Assembly (NCBI GenBank): GCA_964458565.1 | Contig: CAYWJO010000001.1 | Coordinates: forward strand, 191,160 to 255,159 | From: an uncultured archaeon | GTDB taxonomy: Archaea > Asgardarchaeota > Thorarchaeia > Thorarchaeales > Thorarchaeaceae | DNA length: 64,000 nucleotides | Reading direction: 5' to 3' | Part shown: one piece after another, positions 51,623-61,721 of the stretch | Numbering within the stretch: position 1 is the first letter of the stretch | Layout of the letters: the number at the start of each line of letters is the position of its first letter | Translations under genes and position numbers: made by a program | Notes under the pieces: generated by a model | What the model saw: the letters and a program-made list of their open reading frames with translations, nothing else | What the model was told of the DNA's origin: nothing | Databases searched by the model: none

Positions 51623-51940
51623 TAACTACGCGCTAATATTCATGCTTGTATGCATGATAATGCATAATAATTACAAATGGATAAAACATAAAAAGGTACA
51701 TGGGATAAATATATGATGATCTTTCAAGTCACTACACGTATTCTCTTAAATGTAATCTAACCTGGAGAATAAATTTGTTCAATGAGTAGATGTATTATCA
51801 TCTAGAAGAGTTTCGTGATAATGAAGTGTATATTCAACACACTCTTTCGAATTCATGGGGAGAAGATAACTATTTATAACAATATATCGCCTCTACCGAA
51901 CAAGACTACTATATTATGTGAGGTTTTCATGGAATGAGGG

Positions 51941-52858
51941 ATGATAACGTCAGTCATTGAGGTATATAACCTGTATAAATCATTCAACGGAGTTCAGGCA
52001 CTCAATGGCCTCAATTTGAAGATTGGTGAAGGTGTCTTTGGTTTTATAGGTCCTAATGGCGCTGGAAAGACAACACTCCTTCGCATCCTTCTGGGTCTAA
52101 TCACACCAGACTCTGGGAATGCAAAAGTACTTGGATTTGATATTCAGGGACAGTCTTTGGAGATACGGAAGAGCATTGGTATCCTTCACGAACGAACAAC
52201 ATTCCCTGAACAGATCACACCACTCCATTATCTGAGAAATGCTATCAGGCTCTATGGAAGTAGCAAAGATCCCGAAAAGCTCATTGCAAGCGTAAATCTG
52301 ACAAAACAAAAGAATCAGAAGATAAAGGGGCTCTCTGCAGGCATGAAGCAGAGGCTTGGTCTGGCTCAATCACTTGCAGGAAATCCACGTCTGATCATCC
52401 TTGATGAACCTACATCAAATCTAGACGTGGCAAGTCGTGATGAGGTCATAGACATCATCTTCAATCTTCACACCACAGAACGCATATCATTCTTTGTAGC
52501 ATCACATATCCTGTCAGAGCTCGAACGAATCTGTCACAATGTTGGTTTCATCAACGAAGGAGTGCTATTAGAACAAGGTTCTGTGCGGGACATAATAACC
52601 AAACATACATCGAATCTACTTAAGGTCAATACTCCGGAGCCAACCTTGGTATCGCAACATGTTACTGGCATCTCAGGAATTGTTGGGACACGCATCACAG
52701 GTTCAAGCCAAGTCGTTGTCCGAGTTGAACCCTCGATGAAGGCTGAGAGCAAGAAACAGATTCAGGAAATCCTCAAGAACGACAATATTCCCTTCTATGG
52801 GATATCAGAAGATGTTGGGTCGCTGGAGGATGCGTTTCGAGATATAATGAGGGGTTAG
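51941..52858 (+). CDS. ABC-2 transporter ATP-binding protein, paralogue of 59280-60203
   Basis: GPNGAGKTT, LSAGMKQR, ILDEPTSNLDV, SHILSE. Confidence 0.92.
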   Translation: MITSVIEVYNLYKSFNGVQALNGLNLKIGEGVFGFIGPNGAGKTTLLRILLGLITPDSGNAKVLGFDIQGQSLEIRKSIGILHERTTFPEQITPLHYLRNAIRLYGSSKDPEKLIASVNLTKQKNQKIKGLSAGMKQRLGLAQSLAGNPRLIILDEPTSNLDVASRDEVIDIIFNLHTTERISFFVASHILSELERICHNVGFINEGVLLEQGSVRDIITKHTSNLLKVNTPEPTLVSQHVTGISGIVGTRITGSSQVVVRVEPSMKAESKKQIQEILKNDNIPFYGISEDVGSLEDAFRDIMRG

Positions 52859-52861
52859 ATA

Positions 52862-53656
52862 ATGAGGAAGAATCTGCGTGCTATCATTGCGATAGAGTTT
52901 GAGAATATGGCATACTTTCCAATCCTAGAGGGAATCATCTGCTTACTTGTGTTCTTTTGTTTTTCAGCACTCACGGCAAGTTTCGCACAGGACTTCGAAA
53001 TAATCACAGGGAGTGTGTATAATGGAACAACAATAGAAACTGATATTCTTGAAGACATCCAGAGGTTAAATATTCAACAAGCAGTAAACCCATTGCAGGC
53101 CCTCTCAGTTGCTTACTTCTTCTTTGTTCCATTGTTGAGTACTCTAACGATCACAAGACCTATTGAGGATGGGACTCTTAGGGCCTATCTCTCATTCCCA
53201 GTATCCAGATCATCCATTCTCATGGTCAAGTTCCTCCTGGTCAATCTGATTCTCTGGGTGACATCCACAGGTAGCTGGATAATGGTGGTTGCACTCTTAT
53301 TACCTGGCTATCAGCAGTATCTAAGTTTGATAGTCTGGAGTCTTGTACTCCTTCTCAACTGCATGGTGATAACATCCACCTGTTTTTTGATTTCGATGCT
53401 ATCAAAACAGAGTGGAACATCGCTGTTCATAGGGTTGGGATTGTGGTATGTTCTCACAGTGTTGGCATCCAGTTATAACACTCCAATTCAACTCAGGGGT
53501 CTTTTCTTTCCTGCTATTATAGTCTGGTTATCGGTACAATATGGGTCCTCCTATGTGTTAACAGGTGAGCTCATTCTACCAATTCTTGGAGCGATTGCCA
53601 TAGTCATACTTGCCTACTCTGCGTGTCACATCGTATTTAAGAAAATGGAGGTTTAA
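52862..53656 (+). CDS. ABC-2 permease, paralogue of 60724-61527
   Basis: EDGTLRAYLSFPVSR; 6 TM. Confidence 0.85.
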   Translation: MRKNLRAIIAIEFENMAYFPILEGIICLLVFFCFSALTASFAQDFEIITGSVYNGTTIETDILEDIQRLNIQQAVNPLQALSVAYFFFVPLLSTLTITRPIEDGTLRAYLSFPVSRSSILMVKFLLVNLILWVTSTGSWIMVVALLLPGYQQYLSLIVWSLVLLLNCMVITSTCFLISMLSKQSGTSLFIGLGLWYVLTVLASSYNTPIQLRGLFFPAIIVWLSVQYGSSYVLTGELILPILGAIAIVILAYSACHIVFKKMEV

Positions 53657-53659
53657 CAG

Positions 53660-54142
53660 GTGAGAATTGGAAGAGCATTGATCTTGATTGGAATTGTGAT
53701 GATTGCCGCTTCCCTTTTGGGAGGGAGTGGGAGGGGTGGAGGTGTCAATGTAAGATATGGTGAGTGTGGGGGGCAGGTATTCAAAGCATATGGAAATGTA
53801 GTAGTGGAGGCAGAGGAGTTCTATAACCGATCATTCTCGATATACATTCTCACGTGGTCGAGCTTTCAATACATCCTTGAGAATGGAAGCCTTGAAGATG
53901 TTGATCCTGTTGCTATTTTTGAGAAAGTTGATGGATCTGTTGAAACTATCGTTGAGTTATCAGGAACGGGTATCTATGCCATTTTGTTCACGCCATACTT
54001 TGATGAAATAATACTCATCGATTTTCAAGTCATTCAAGCCACACCAAGAACAGGAATATTACTACCTGGGATTGGCGTCGTGATGATTGGGATTGTCGTG
54101 GTAGTATTGTCAGTACTATCAAAATGGAGGTATAGTAGATAA
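53660..54142 (+). CDS. 2-TM accessory protein with extracellular domain, paralogue of 60207-60722
   Basis: N.SFS(I/V)YIL, G.Y.I and Q..PR shared with 60207. Confidence 0.7.
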   Translation: MRIGRALILIGIVMIAASLLGGSGRGGGVNVRYGECGGQVFKAYGNVVVEAEEFYNRSFSIYILTWSSFQYILENGSLEDVDPVAIFEKVDGSVETIVELSGTGIYAILFTPYFDEIILIDFQVIQATPRTGILLPGIGVVMIGIVVVVLSVLSKWRYSR

Positions 54143-54317
54143 TAAGACCATTATTACTCTTTAGCATCCTTGAAATTAAATCTTGAGAAATTCCTGCTGT
54201 AATCATAATCCTTCTTTCGATGATAAGATAAAAAATAAAAGCTGGGCACTCTTTTTATTTACTCTCATTTGATAGATGGATTATAATCACTCCTAATGAG
54301 GGTAGGAGAATATTGTA

Positions 54318-54755
54318 ATGATGAATGTAAAGAGGCTAGTACCAATGTTAGGCTTCGTGCTATTCATGGGCTTTTTGCCAGCTCTAGCACAAGGCACTAC
54401 GGTTTCTGATCATTATGACGAAAAGGATACAGATTTTATTGGTGATGGATGGTACTATCATTCTGTCAGTAAGGTTACTGGCAATATCAAGCTCGACCAT
54501 GGGCAAACCATTGGCAACGCCTATTGTACGATTACATTGAGAGAACAGATTACTACACCGACAGGGGAAGACCATTACTATATCAACATATTTTGTCGTT
54601 ATCGTACATGGTTTCAAATTGCTGGAATGTTTGGTAGTACGTTTGATATGACCGTATCACTTCAATTATTAGATAATGCACTTGGAGTGGATGCTGAAGA
54701 AACAGGGATTACGGAGGATGATGATTATTCTCAAATCTGTAGGAAAAGAAAATAG
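54318..54755 (+). CDS. secreted protein whose C-terminus and stop come from repeat copy 4 (probably truncated)
   Basis: signal peptide ...FLPALAQG; final CRKRK* encoded by tgtaggaaaagaaaatag of the repeat. Confidence 0.65.
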   Translation: MMNVKRLVPMLGFVLFMGFLPALAQGTTVSDHYDEKDTDFIGDGWYYHSVSKVTGNIKLDHGQTIGNAYCTITLREQITTPTGEDHYYINIFCRYRTWFQIAGMFGSTFDMTVSLQLLDNALGVDAEETGITEDDDYSQICRKRK

Positions 54756-54878
54756 TCTGCAGGGAATGATGATTTTTCTCAGACACTCGCGTTCTCACAT
54801 TATACTCCAGCAACTCTAGGTACTGTGCGAGCCACACTTTTAGTCTGCACGCCTCGGACATTAGTAGCGGTGAGCTGA
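54738..54878 (-). repeat. 23S 3' end plus trailer repeat copy 4
   Basis: 54810-54878 is identical over 69 nt to 63857-63925, including the terminal 23S sequence. Confidence 0.97.
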
Positions 54879-55128
54879 GGATTATAACTTCCAATATTAA
54901 TGATGATTAGCGGTAAGATCAATAAAAATGGAGAATTGAGTAACTAATTCGTCAAGACAATACTATTGCTATTTATACAAAAGAAGGAACAACATTAGAT
55001 GCCCTATCAATAATTGCATCTCACATGTATAATAGAGCAATAATCTATCTTTAAATGATATAAAATACTAAGAATAATGAGTCTTCACATCAATACAACT
55101 TAAATTGTTAATTGGAGCTTATTGAAAA

Positions 55129-57903
55129 GTGAACAGAAGTCGTAATGCAATTGCATTTATAGTTCTAATAATCATGCTATATTCTGTTGACAGTTTTCAT
55201 ATCATTCAATCAAACTCGAGAAGTCACGCACCTCTTATAATTAGCAGAGATTCGTTTAGTTTGTTCATACAAAATATGGGTCAGATTAAAACACCTAATA
55301 CAAAATATTATGCATATACTGATGATGGAATGATTACATTTACAAATGATAGTGTAGTATTCTATCAAAGATTCACGAATAATACAGCCATATTAAATTT
55401 AGATTTATTGAAATGTGGACCCGTTGGAATTGATGAAATTACTAGAAATATCGGATATTTCATAAACTCAAATGAGAATTACACTGGATGCAAGGCATAT
55501 AGATACATAATATATCCTCTGCCATCCTCTGAAGAAGTTCTACTTTTTTTCATGTCCTCAGAAGGATTGCATCACGAATTCTTGGATACAGCTAATATTA
55601 GAGCCAAAATTCAAACTTCTAACGCAAATCGAGATACCGCATCTGCAAATATTCAACAAACTTCACTAGCGAAGGACATAGCCTTATTCGAATCAAAATT
55701 GCATAATTTCAGCATCTCGGAGTCTTCTACAAATAACTATCTTATCTCCTCCTCATTGTTTGGTGGGGGTAATGAAGACATCGGAGAAGATGTCACAGTT
55801 GATGCATATGGCGATATCTATATAACTGGAAAAACGGAATCGATTGATTTTCCTGCCTATAATGGAATAGATTATGATAATAACGGACCTTCAGATTGTT
55901 TTGTAATAAAGATGAACTCAACTGGAAACGGATTGATATTTGCTACATACATAGGTGGTTCATCAGCAGATGGAGGATATACTATCGATGTGGATGCTTT
56001 TGGTTGCGTGTATATTGGAGGAGTTACAAACTCTCCTGATTTTCCCATACGGAATTCCTTTGATTCATCATATAATGGAGATCTTGATTGTTTTATATTG
56101 AAGCTAAATGCATCTGGTAATGAGATTTTATTTTCTACATATCTTGGAGGAACTGATTATGATAGACTTGCTGAAATTACATTAGATTCAAATCAAAATA
56201 TCATTGCTACAGGTCTTACTAGCTCAAACGATTTTCCATTGATTAATGAATCAAACAATACATATTCTGGAAATGGGGATTGTTTTATCACGCAATTATC
56301 ATTCAATGGTACATCTTTATTATACTCAGGAATGTTTGGCGGATCTGAAGTTGATACTGGTAGTGATTTAGTTATAGATAAAAATGGTACAATTTATGTA
56401 ACAGGTACTACGCGTTCATCTGATTTTCCAGTTTTAAACGCCATAGATATCTCACTAAGTGGTTACAGTGATGCGTTCATTGTTGTCATAGATGAATTTC
56501 AAGCACTTGAGTTTTCCACTTATTATGGAGGAAATTCGTATGAGAGTGGTACATCTCTAGCCTTTGATTTAGAGGGATCTGTAATCATAGCTGGAGAAAC
56601 GAAATCTTCTGATTTCCCATTATTGAATCCGTTTGACGATACATTGGACAATGATGAATATGATGGATTTGTAGCGAAATTGAATTTGAATGATATGAAT
56701 CTGATTTATTCATCATATATTGGTGGTTCAGGGATAGATAGTGTTGAATCTATACTCTTAGATGCTGCATCCAATATATATATCGTAGGAACCACATCAT
56801 CCTCTGATTTTCAGTCATCATCGTCTTTTGATGATACATTCAATGGCATAAATGATGGATTTCTCATGAAATTATCTTCCAATGGAAGTAATTTGTTATA
56901 TTCGACATTCATCGGGGGCTCAGGGGGGGATTCGTGTAGTTCTATGTCGTTTGGAGATTCTGGATCCATATGGGTCACAGGCAGCACATGGTCTGAAGAC
57001 TTCCTAACAGCAAATTCATCTTTCGATGAATACCGGGGTGGAACCTCAGATTGTTTTCTACTTGGGATACGAGATACAACGGATTCTGACGGGGACCTCC
57101 TCCCTGATTGGTGGGAGTGTGAATATCAATTGAATATGTACTACAACGACTCTAAGGAAGATTCAGATGATGACAATTTAACGAATCTTGATGAGTTTAT
57201 TATAGGTACAAATCCCTTATACAATGACTCGGATTTTGATTGGATGCCAGACGGATGGGAGTATCTTTATGGGCTTGATGTTCTCAAAGATGACTCAGGA
57301 GATGATCCTGATGATGATGGCCTAACAAATTATATGGAATATGTACATAATACAATGCCGTTCATTAATGATACGGACTCTGATTTGATACCTGATGGAT
57401 GGGAAGTCCTGCATGGGCTCAATCCTTTACTGAACGACTCATACAATGATCCTGATGATGACAACTTATCAAACCTTAATGAATTCTATCTAGGCACACT
57501 TCCTCTGAATGATGACTCCGACTTTGACCAAATGCCGGACGGATGGGAATATAACATTGGATTAAATCCATTGATGCAAGATGCGTATGGTGATCCTGAT
57601 TCTGACTTGCTTTCAAACCTCTTGGAATATAATCATGGCACTAATCCATTTATCTCGGACACTGATTTTGATGGGATGAGTGATAAATGGGAGGTGGAGC
57701 TCGGATTCGACCCGATAGATCCCAATTTTACAATCTATCAGTATCTTGTGTATAATATTGTCGGAATCATTTTCATTGTTACAATTGGATTTGACCTGCT
57801 CCTCGCTAGATATCTATTGTTAGCCTTCAATAAATCTGATAAGAAAAAGCATGAAGCCCTTGTGAGAAAAGAAATGCACATTTTGTTGGAAGAAGATAGA
57901 TAA
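55129..57903 (+). CDS. membrane-anchored surface protein with SBBP beta-propeller repeats and Asp-rich Ca-binding repeats
   Basis: about seven repeats of YIGG...D....I..D..G.IY.TG.T.S.DFP; DSDxDx(L/M)PDGWE...GLNP repeats; N- and C-terminal hydrophobic helices. Confidence 0.88.
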   Translation: MNRSRNAIAFIVLIIMLYSVDSFHIIQSNSRSHAPLIISRDSFSLFIQNMGQIKTPNTKYYAYTDDGMITFTNDSVVFYQRFTNNTAILNLDLLKCGPVGIDEITRNIGYFINSNENYTGCKAYRYIIYPLPSSEEVLLFFMSSEGLHHEFLDTANIRAKIQTSNANRDTASANIQQTSLAKDIALFESKLHNFSISESSTNNYLISSSLFGGGNEDIGEDVTVDAYGDIYITGKTESIDFPAYNGIDYDNNGPSDCFVIKMNSTGNGLIFATYIGGSSADGGYTIDVDAFGCVYIGGVTNSPDFPIRNSFDSSYNGDLDCFILKLNASGNEILFSTYLGGTDYDRLAEITLDSNQNIIATGLTSSNDFPLINESNNTYSGNGDCFITQLSFNGTSLLYSGMFGGSEVDTGSDLVIDKNGTIYVTGTTRSSDFPVLNAIDISLSGYSDAFIVVIDEFQALEFSTYYGGNSYESGTSLAFDLEGSVIIAGETKSSDFPLLNPFDDTLDNDEYDGFVAKLNLNDMNLIYSSYIGGSGIDSVESILLDAASNIYIVGTTSSSDFQSSSSFDDTFNGINDGFLMKLSSNGSNLLYSTFIGGSGGDSCSSMSFGDSGSIWVTGSTWSEDFLTANSSFDEYRGGTSDCFLLGIRDTTDSDGDLLPDWWECEYQLNMYYNDSKEDSDDDNLTNLDEFIIGTNPLYNDSDFDWMPDGWEYLYGLDVLKDDSGDDPDDDGLTNYMEYVHNTMPFINDTDSDLIPDGWEVLHGLNPLLNDSYNDPDDDNLSNLNEFYLGTLPLNDDSDFDQMPDGWEYNIGLNPLMQDAYGDPDSDLLSNLLEYNHGTNPFISDTDFDGMSDKWEVELGFDPIDPNFTIYQYLVYNIVGIIFIVTIGFDLLLARYLLLAFNKSDKKKHEALVRKEMHILLEEDR

Positions 57904-58007
57904 CTATTACTATAAATTTGCATCATCTTAGCATTCTTTCGCCGCTTTTTCTAATTCGGACTTTAAATTCAATCTCGGGAACTAAATCACATTATAGGAA
58001 GATAAAG

Positions 58008-58385
58008 ATGAAGGAATACAGGAAAACATCAACTCTATTAACTGCAGTCACGTTATTTTTGCTATTTATTACAACGAATCAATTAATGGTCTTAGCAAAT
58101 GAAGACCCTAGTGATACAGGTGTTCAAAAATGGATGGAAATTAATCATCTACATGGATTGGGATATAAAGGAGATGGTGTTACAATAGCCATTATCGACA
58201 CAGGATGTATCTATCATGATGATCTTAATAGTACCTACGAAACCGAACTCACCCAATATTGTGAGGTAGATAGTGAGGGTTCAATCAGTCGGACAACATT
58301 ATGGTCTAGTCCAATTGTTGGAGAGAGTACTAACGAAACAATACAAGGTACTGTGCGAGCCATGCTTTTAGTCTGTATGCCTTAG
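58008..58385 (+). pseudogene. subtilisin-like (S8) peptidase, truncated by repeat copy 5
   Basis: signal-like N-terminus; GYKGDGVTIAIIDTG catalytic-Asp motif; no His or Ser motifs; last 13 codons are repeat-derived. Confidence 0.8.
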
Positions 58386-58424
58386 ACATTAGTAATGATA
58401 AGGTAAATACCTCGCCAAAGCTTG
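58346..58424 (-). repeat. 23S 3' end plus partial trailer repeat copy 5
   Basis: aggtactgtgcgagccatgcttttagtctgtatgccttagacattagt...aatacctcgccaaagcttg aligns with 63865-63943. Confidence 0.92.
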
Positions 58425-58485
58425 ATTTATTTGGATAGTAGCAAATAATAAAATTGAAGACGATATTGATACTACTAAAGAGAAT

Positions 58486-58800
58486 GTGATTAAAATGACC
58501 TCTGCAATCGATATTCCATCAAAGGAAATTCTATCGGAATTTTGCGGAAGGCATCATATCCGTAAACTCTCGATTTTTGGCTCAGCCCTAAGGGACGACT
58601 TTGGTCCTGAGAGTGATATAGACATCCTAATTGAGTTTGAAACAGGATATACACCTGGATTCTTTGGGTTCATTGAGATTCAGGATGAGTTATCCGAACT
58701 TTTTGGAAACAAGGTTGACTTACGGACACCTTCAGATCTTAGTAAATACTTTCGGGAGAGAGTACTAAAGGAAGCTGAGGTTCAGTATATTGCAAGATGA
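58486..58800 (+). CDS. mntA: MNT (minimal nucleotidyltransferase) antitoxin
   Basis: IFGSALRDDF...SDIDILIEF, L..LFG.KVDL. Confidence 0.9.
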   Translation: MIKMTSAIDIPSKEILSEFCGRHHIRKLSIFGSALRDDFGPESDIDILIEFETGYTPGFFGFIEIQDELSELFGNKVDLRTPSDLSKYFRERVLKEAEVQYIAR

Positions 58801-59146
58801 TATTATACGTCTTCAACATATGTTGGATGCTGTAAACGAGATTTTAGAATTCACCGATGGTAAATCACGATCTGACTTGGATGATATACGAGTGCTTGCT
58901 CTTGCCCTTGTCAAATTACTTGAAATCATAGGTGAAGCAGCATCAGGGATTTCGAAAGTAACCAAAGATGAACATCCTGAACTACCTTGGAAACAAATGA
59001 TTGGAATGAGAAACCGTCTAATTCATGGATATTTCGATATAGACCTAGATATTGTTTGGCAAACTGTTGATATGGATTTACCACCTCTCAAGATTAAATT
59101 GGAGAGCATTCTTCGACAGGTTGAAAATTCCGTAAAACAAGAATAG
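58790..59146 (+). CDS. hepT: HepT/DUF86 HEPN ribonuclease toxin
   Basis: LEIIGEAA, PWKQMIGMRNRLIHGYF (RX4HXY); overlaps mntA; stop lies in repeat copy 6. Confidence 0.9.
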   Translation: MQDDIIRLQHMLDAVNEILEFTDGKSRSDLDDIRVLALALVKLLEIIGEAASGISKVTKDEHPELPWKQMIGMRNRLIHGYFDIDLDIVWQTVDMDLPPLKIKLESILRQVENSVKQE

Positions 59147-59255
59147 TCCACAGAGGATGATGTTTTCTCAGACGTTTGCGTTCTTAACTATACTCCAGCA
59201 ACTCTAGGTACTGTGCGAGCCACACTTTTAGTCTGCACGTTTCGATAATAATAGC
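59143..59255 (-). repeat. 23S 3' end plus trailer repeat copy 6
   Basis: 59198-59239 is identical over 42 nt to 63857-63898, then degenerate tcgataataatagcgatgaattga. Confidence 0.95.
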
Positions 59256-59279
59256 GATGAATTGATCTGGAACTTTGAT

Positions 59280-60203
59280 TCACACCGTTTTATCGGATAT
59301 TATAGACTTGTAGGTTTCATCAAGTGTATCAGCTACTTCAAAAGCATAAATACACAAACCAAATTCTTCAGCTATTTGCCTAATCATCTCTTTAGTATCG
59401 TTACATGTTGCAGGTTCTATTTTAAGAGTTACAGTATTAATCCCAGAAATGGTTGCTCTGATAACAGTTGGTATGTCTTGAACAACCTCGAGGAGCTTTC
59501 TTGAATCTGAAGTAACAATTCTAAAACTTGATTCAGTATACTTTTTGATTATTTCACGAGTTTCTCCGACCTCAATAATCCTGCCCCGATTTATGAAACC
59601 TACATGATTACATGCTCTTTCGATTTCTGACAGAATATGTGAGGAGATATAGAAGGACATCCCTTCGTCTTGATGTAGGTTAATAATAAGCTGAATCAAA
59701 TCCTCACGACCATCCACATCAAGGTTTGATGTGGGTTCATCTAGAAACACAACCTCAGGATTTCCGATTATAGCCTGAGCAATTCCCAGCCGCTGATACA
59801 TTCCCGCAGAAAGATTACCAATTGTCCTATTTCGTGCATAATGTAAATCAACATTTTTAAGTACTTTATCAGGATTACTTGTACTTCCATAAAGATTCGC
59901 AATTCGTGTAAGATATTTGAAAGGTGTCATATTTGTAGGAAAATATGGTTTTTCATGAAGTATACCCACACGACTACGAATGGCTAACGTTTGGTTGTTG
60001 ATGTCAAAACCCAGAATCATCCCCGTCCCAGCATCGGGTTTTATAAGATTGAATAAAATACGCAATAATGTTGTCTTTCCTGCTCCATTAGGTCCTATTA
60101 GTCCAAAAATCCCCTTTTTGACATCAAAGCTGATTCCATCAAGAGCAACTACTTCATTGAAACGTTTTTTTATAGATGAAATAGAAATAACAGGTTCGTT
60201 CAT
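59280..60203 (-). CDS. ABC-2 transporter ATP-binding protein
   Basis: GPNGAGKTT, LSAGMYQR, FLDEPTSNLDV. Confidence 0.92.
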   Translation of the reverse strand: MNEPVISISSIKKRFNEVVALDGISFDVKKGIFGLIGPNGAGKTTLLRILFNLIKPDAGTGMILGFDINNQTLAIRSRVGILHEKPYFPTNMTPFKYLTRIANLYGSTSNPDKVLKNVDLHYARNRTIGNLSAGMYQRLGIAQAIIGNPEVVFLDEPTSNLDVDGREDLIQLIINLHQDEGMSFYISSHILSEIERACNHVGFINRGRIIEVGETREIIKKYTESSFRIVTSDSRKLLEVVQDIPTVIRATISGINTVTLKIEPATCNDTKEMIRQIAEEFGLCIYAFEVADTLDETYKSIISDKTV

Positions 60204-60206
60204 TTT

Positions 60207-60722
60207 TTATTCCACATCCATCACGTTTACTTCGCCTAATTCAGAAGTGAGTCGAAATTTATTCTGCAAAACATAAAGAGGTATACTAATTGACAATAGA
60301 ACAATACTTGATACATAATATGTTATCCTAGGAATGACCTGAGCAATACGATATCTGACACTAATAGAATAGTTCATGTCTGTTGTTATGACGATACCAT
60401 ACCATCCTGAATGAGGTGTTTTTAATATCATCTGAATTTGTGTTACATTTGCAGTAACAAAAAATGGAGATGTGCCATTAAGCGATTTATTTGATAAAAT
60501 ATGATAAGAGTCAACCTCGGAAAGAATATACACCGAGAATGATTCATTGATTCTTGACTCCATATGCAGAGAAACACCATCGTTAATAAACAGAAACCTA
60601 ACTGTATAGTTGTTCTTTGTAACCTGCATACTGCTTCCACGAGAACTAGTAGGTAATATGGATACGATAAGAAGTGTAACTCCAATCAGCAGGAAGAATT
60701 TAGTAATACGCACCTGAATCAC
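60207..60722 (-). CDS. 2-TM accessory protein with extracellular domain
   Basis: N- and C-terminal hydrophobic helices, several NxS/T sequons; similar to 53660. Confidence 0.7.
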   Translation of the reverse strand: MIQVRITKFFLLIGVTLLIVSILPTSSRGSSMQVTKNNYTVRFLFINDGVSLHMESRINESFSVYILSEVDSYHILSNKSLNGTSPFFVTANVTQIQMILKTPHSGWYGIVITTDMNYSISVRYRIAQVIPRITYYVSSIVLLSISIPLYVLQNKFRLTSELGEVNVMDVE

Positions 60723-60723
60723 C

Positions 60724-61527
60724 TCAATTTATTTCCACTTGACGAAAAACCAGCAAGCTACTAATTATCATGATTATCGTAATCAGAAAGAGAATGCAAT
60801 ATGAACCAATTATATCTCCTACAACGAAATCCGTGCTATAAGGAGAAAGGAAAGAACTCATAGCAAGAAGAGGATTTGATAAAGCTCTAATAATTTTAGG
60901 AAGCTCATACATATTGAAAATCCATTGAGGAAAAAGAAACCAAATTAACATACCAGTAAAAGCAGTAGTTATTGATTTTCTTGAAATGCAAGCAATAAGA
61001 ATACAGACTGATACAATTACAGAAACGTATATCCAAATGCCAATTATTACTAGAACTATAAAAGAAAAATGTAAACTACTCCAGAAGCTCACAAGACTTC
61101 CTATTATAAAAAATGATGTTAGAGTAACGCCAATAGGTATCACAACAAGAAATAATCTTGAAAATAGGAGAGTTTGTCGACTGATTGGATATGAAAGAAG
61201 AGTACGAAATGAGCCATCATCAAAACTTTGAGCGAATGTAAATGCAATGAGAAGTGGAACAATCAGAGCAATCATAGAAGCAATTGAATATGTATACATC
61301 TGAGTAACAGAATATAATGTCATCTCTAGATCTTCTGAGTTCTCTAGGGCTATTTGTGTTGTATTTAGAGGAAATTCAGTTGTATAGGAGGCAGAAACAA
61401 GAGGATTGAGGAATAAGAAAGGGATAAGAGATACGAATACGAAAATAATAGTGATGATCTCATGTATTGGATATCTAAACGTACTATCATTTTCAAGATG
61501 AATTATATCACTTAGCTTTGCACTCAA
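60724..61527 (-). CDS. ABC-2 permease
   Basis: DDGSFRTLLSYPISR; 6 TM. Confidence 0.85.
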   Translation of the reverse strand: MSAKLSDIIHLENDSTFRYPIHEIITIIFVFVSLIPFLFLNPLVSASYTTEFPLNTTQIALENSEDLEMTLYSVTQMYTYSIASMIALIVPLLIAFTFAQSFDDGSFRTLLSYPISRQTLLFSRLFLVVIPIGVTLTSFFIIGSLVSFWSSLHFSFIVLVIIGIWIYVSVIVSVCILIACISRKSITTAFTGMLIWFLFPQWIFNMYELPKIIRALSNPLLAMSSFLSPYSTDFVVGDIIGSYCILFLITIIMIISSLLVFRQVEIN

Positions 61528-61721
61528 TTCTCACAAGCTCCTATTCAAATTTAAATTACTATATAGATGTTAAAACTTTCTAGTAAAGGATTTTGGTTTT
61601 CAAATCTTGTTCATGATTAAAGTCCATCTGTTTAGTTGAATTGCCCGCGAGTGTGAAACTTCAAATTATGGTAATATATATATGTATGTTTGATTAAAGT
61701 AGTATTTAGGAGTTTGAAGAT

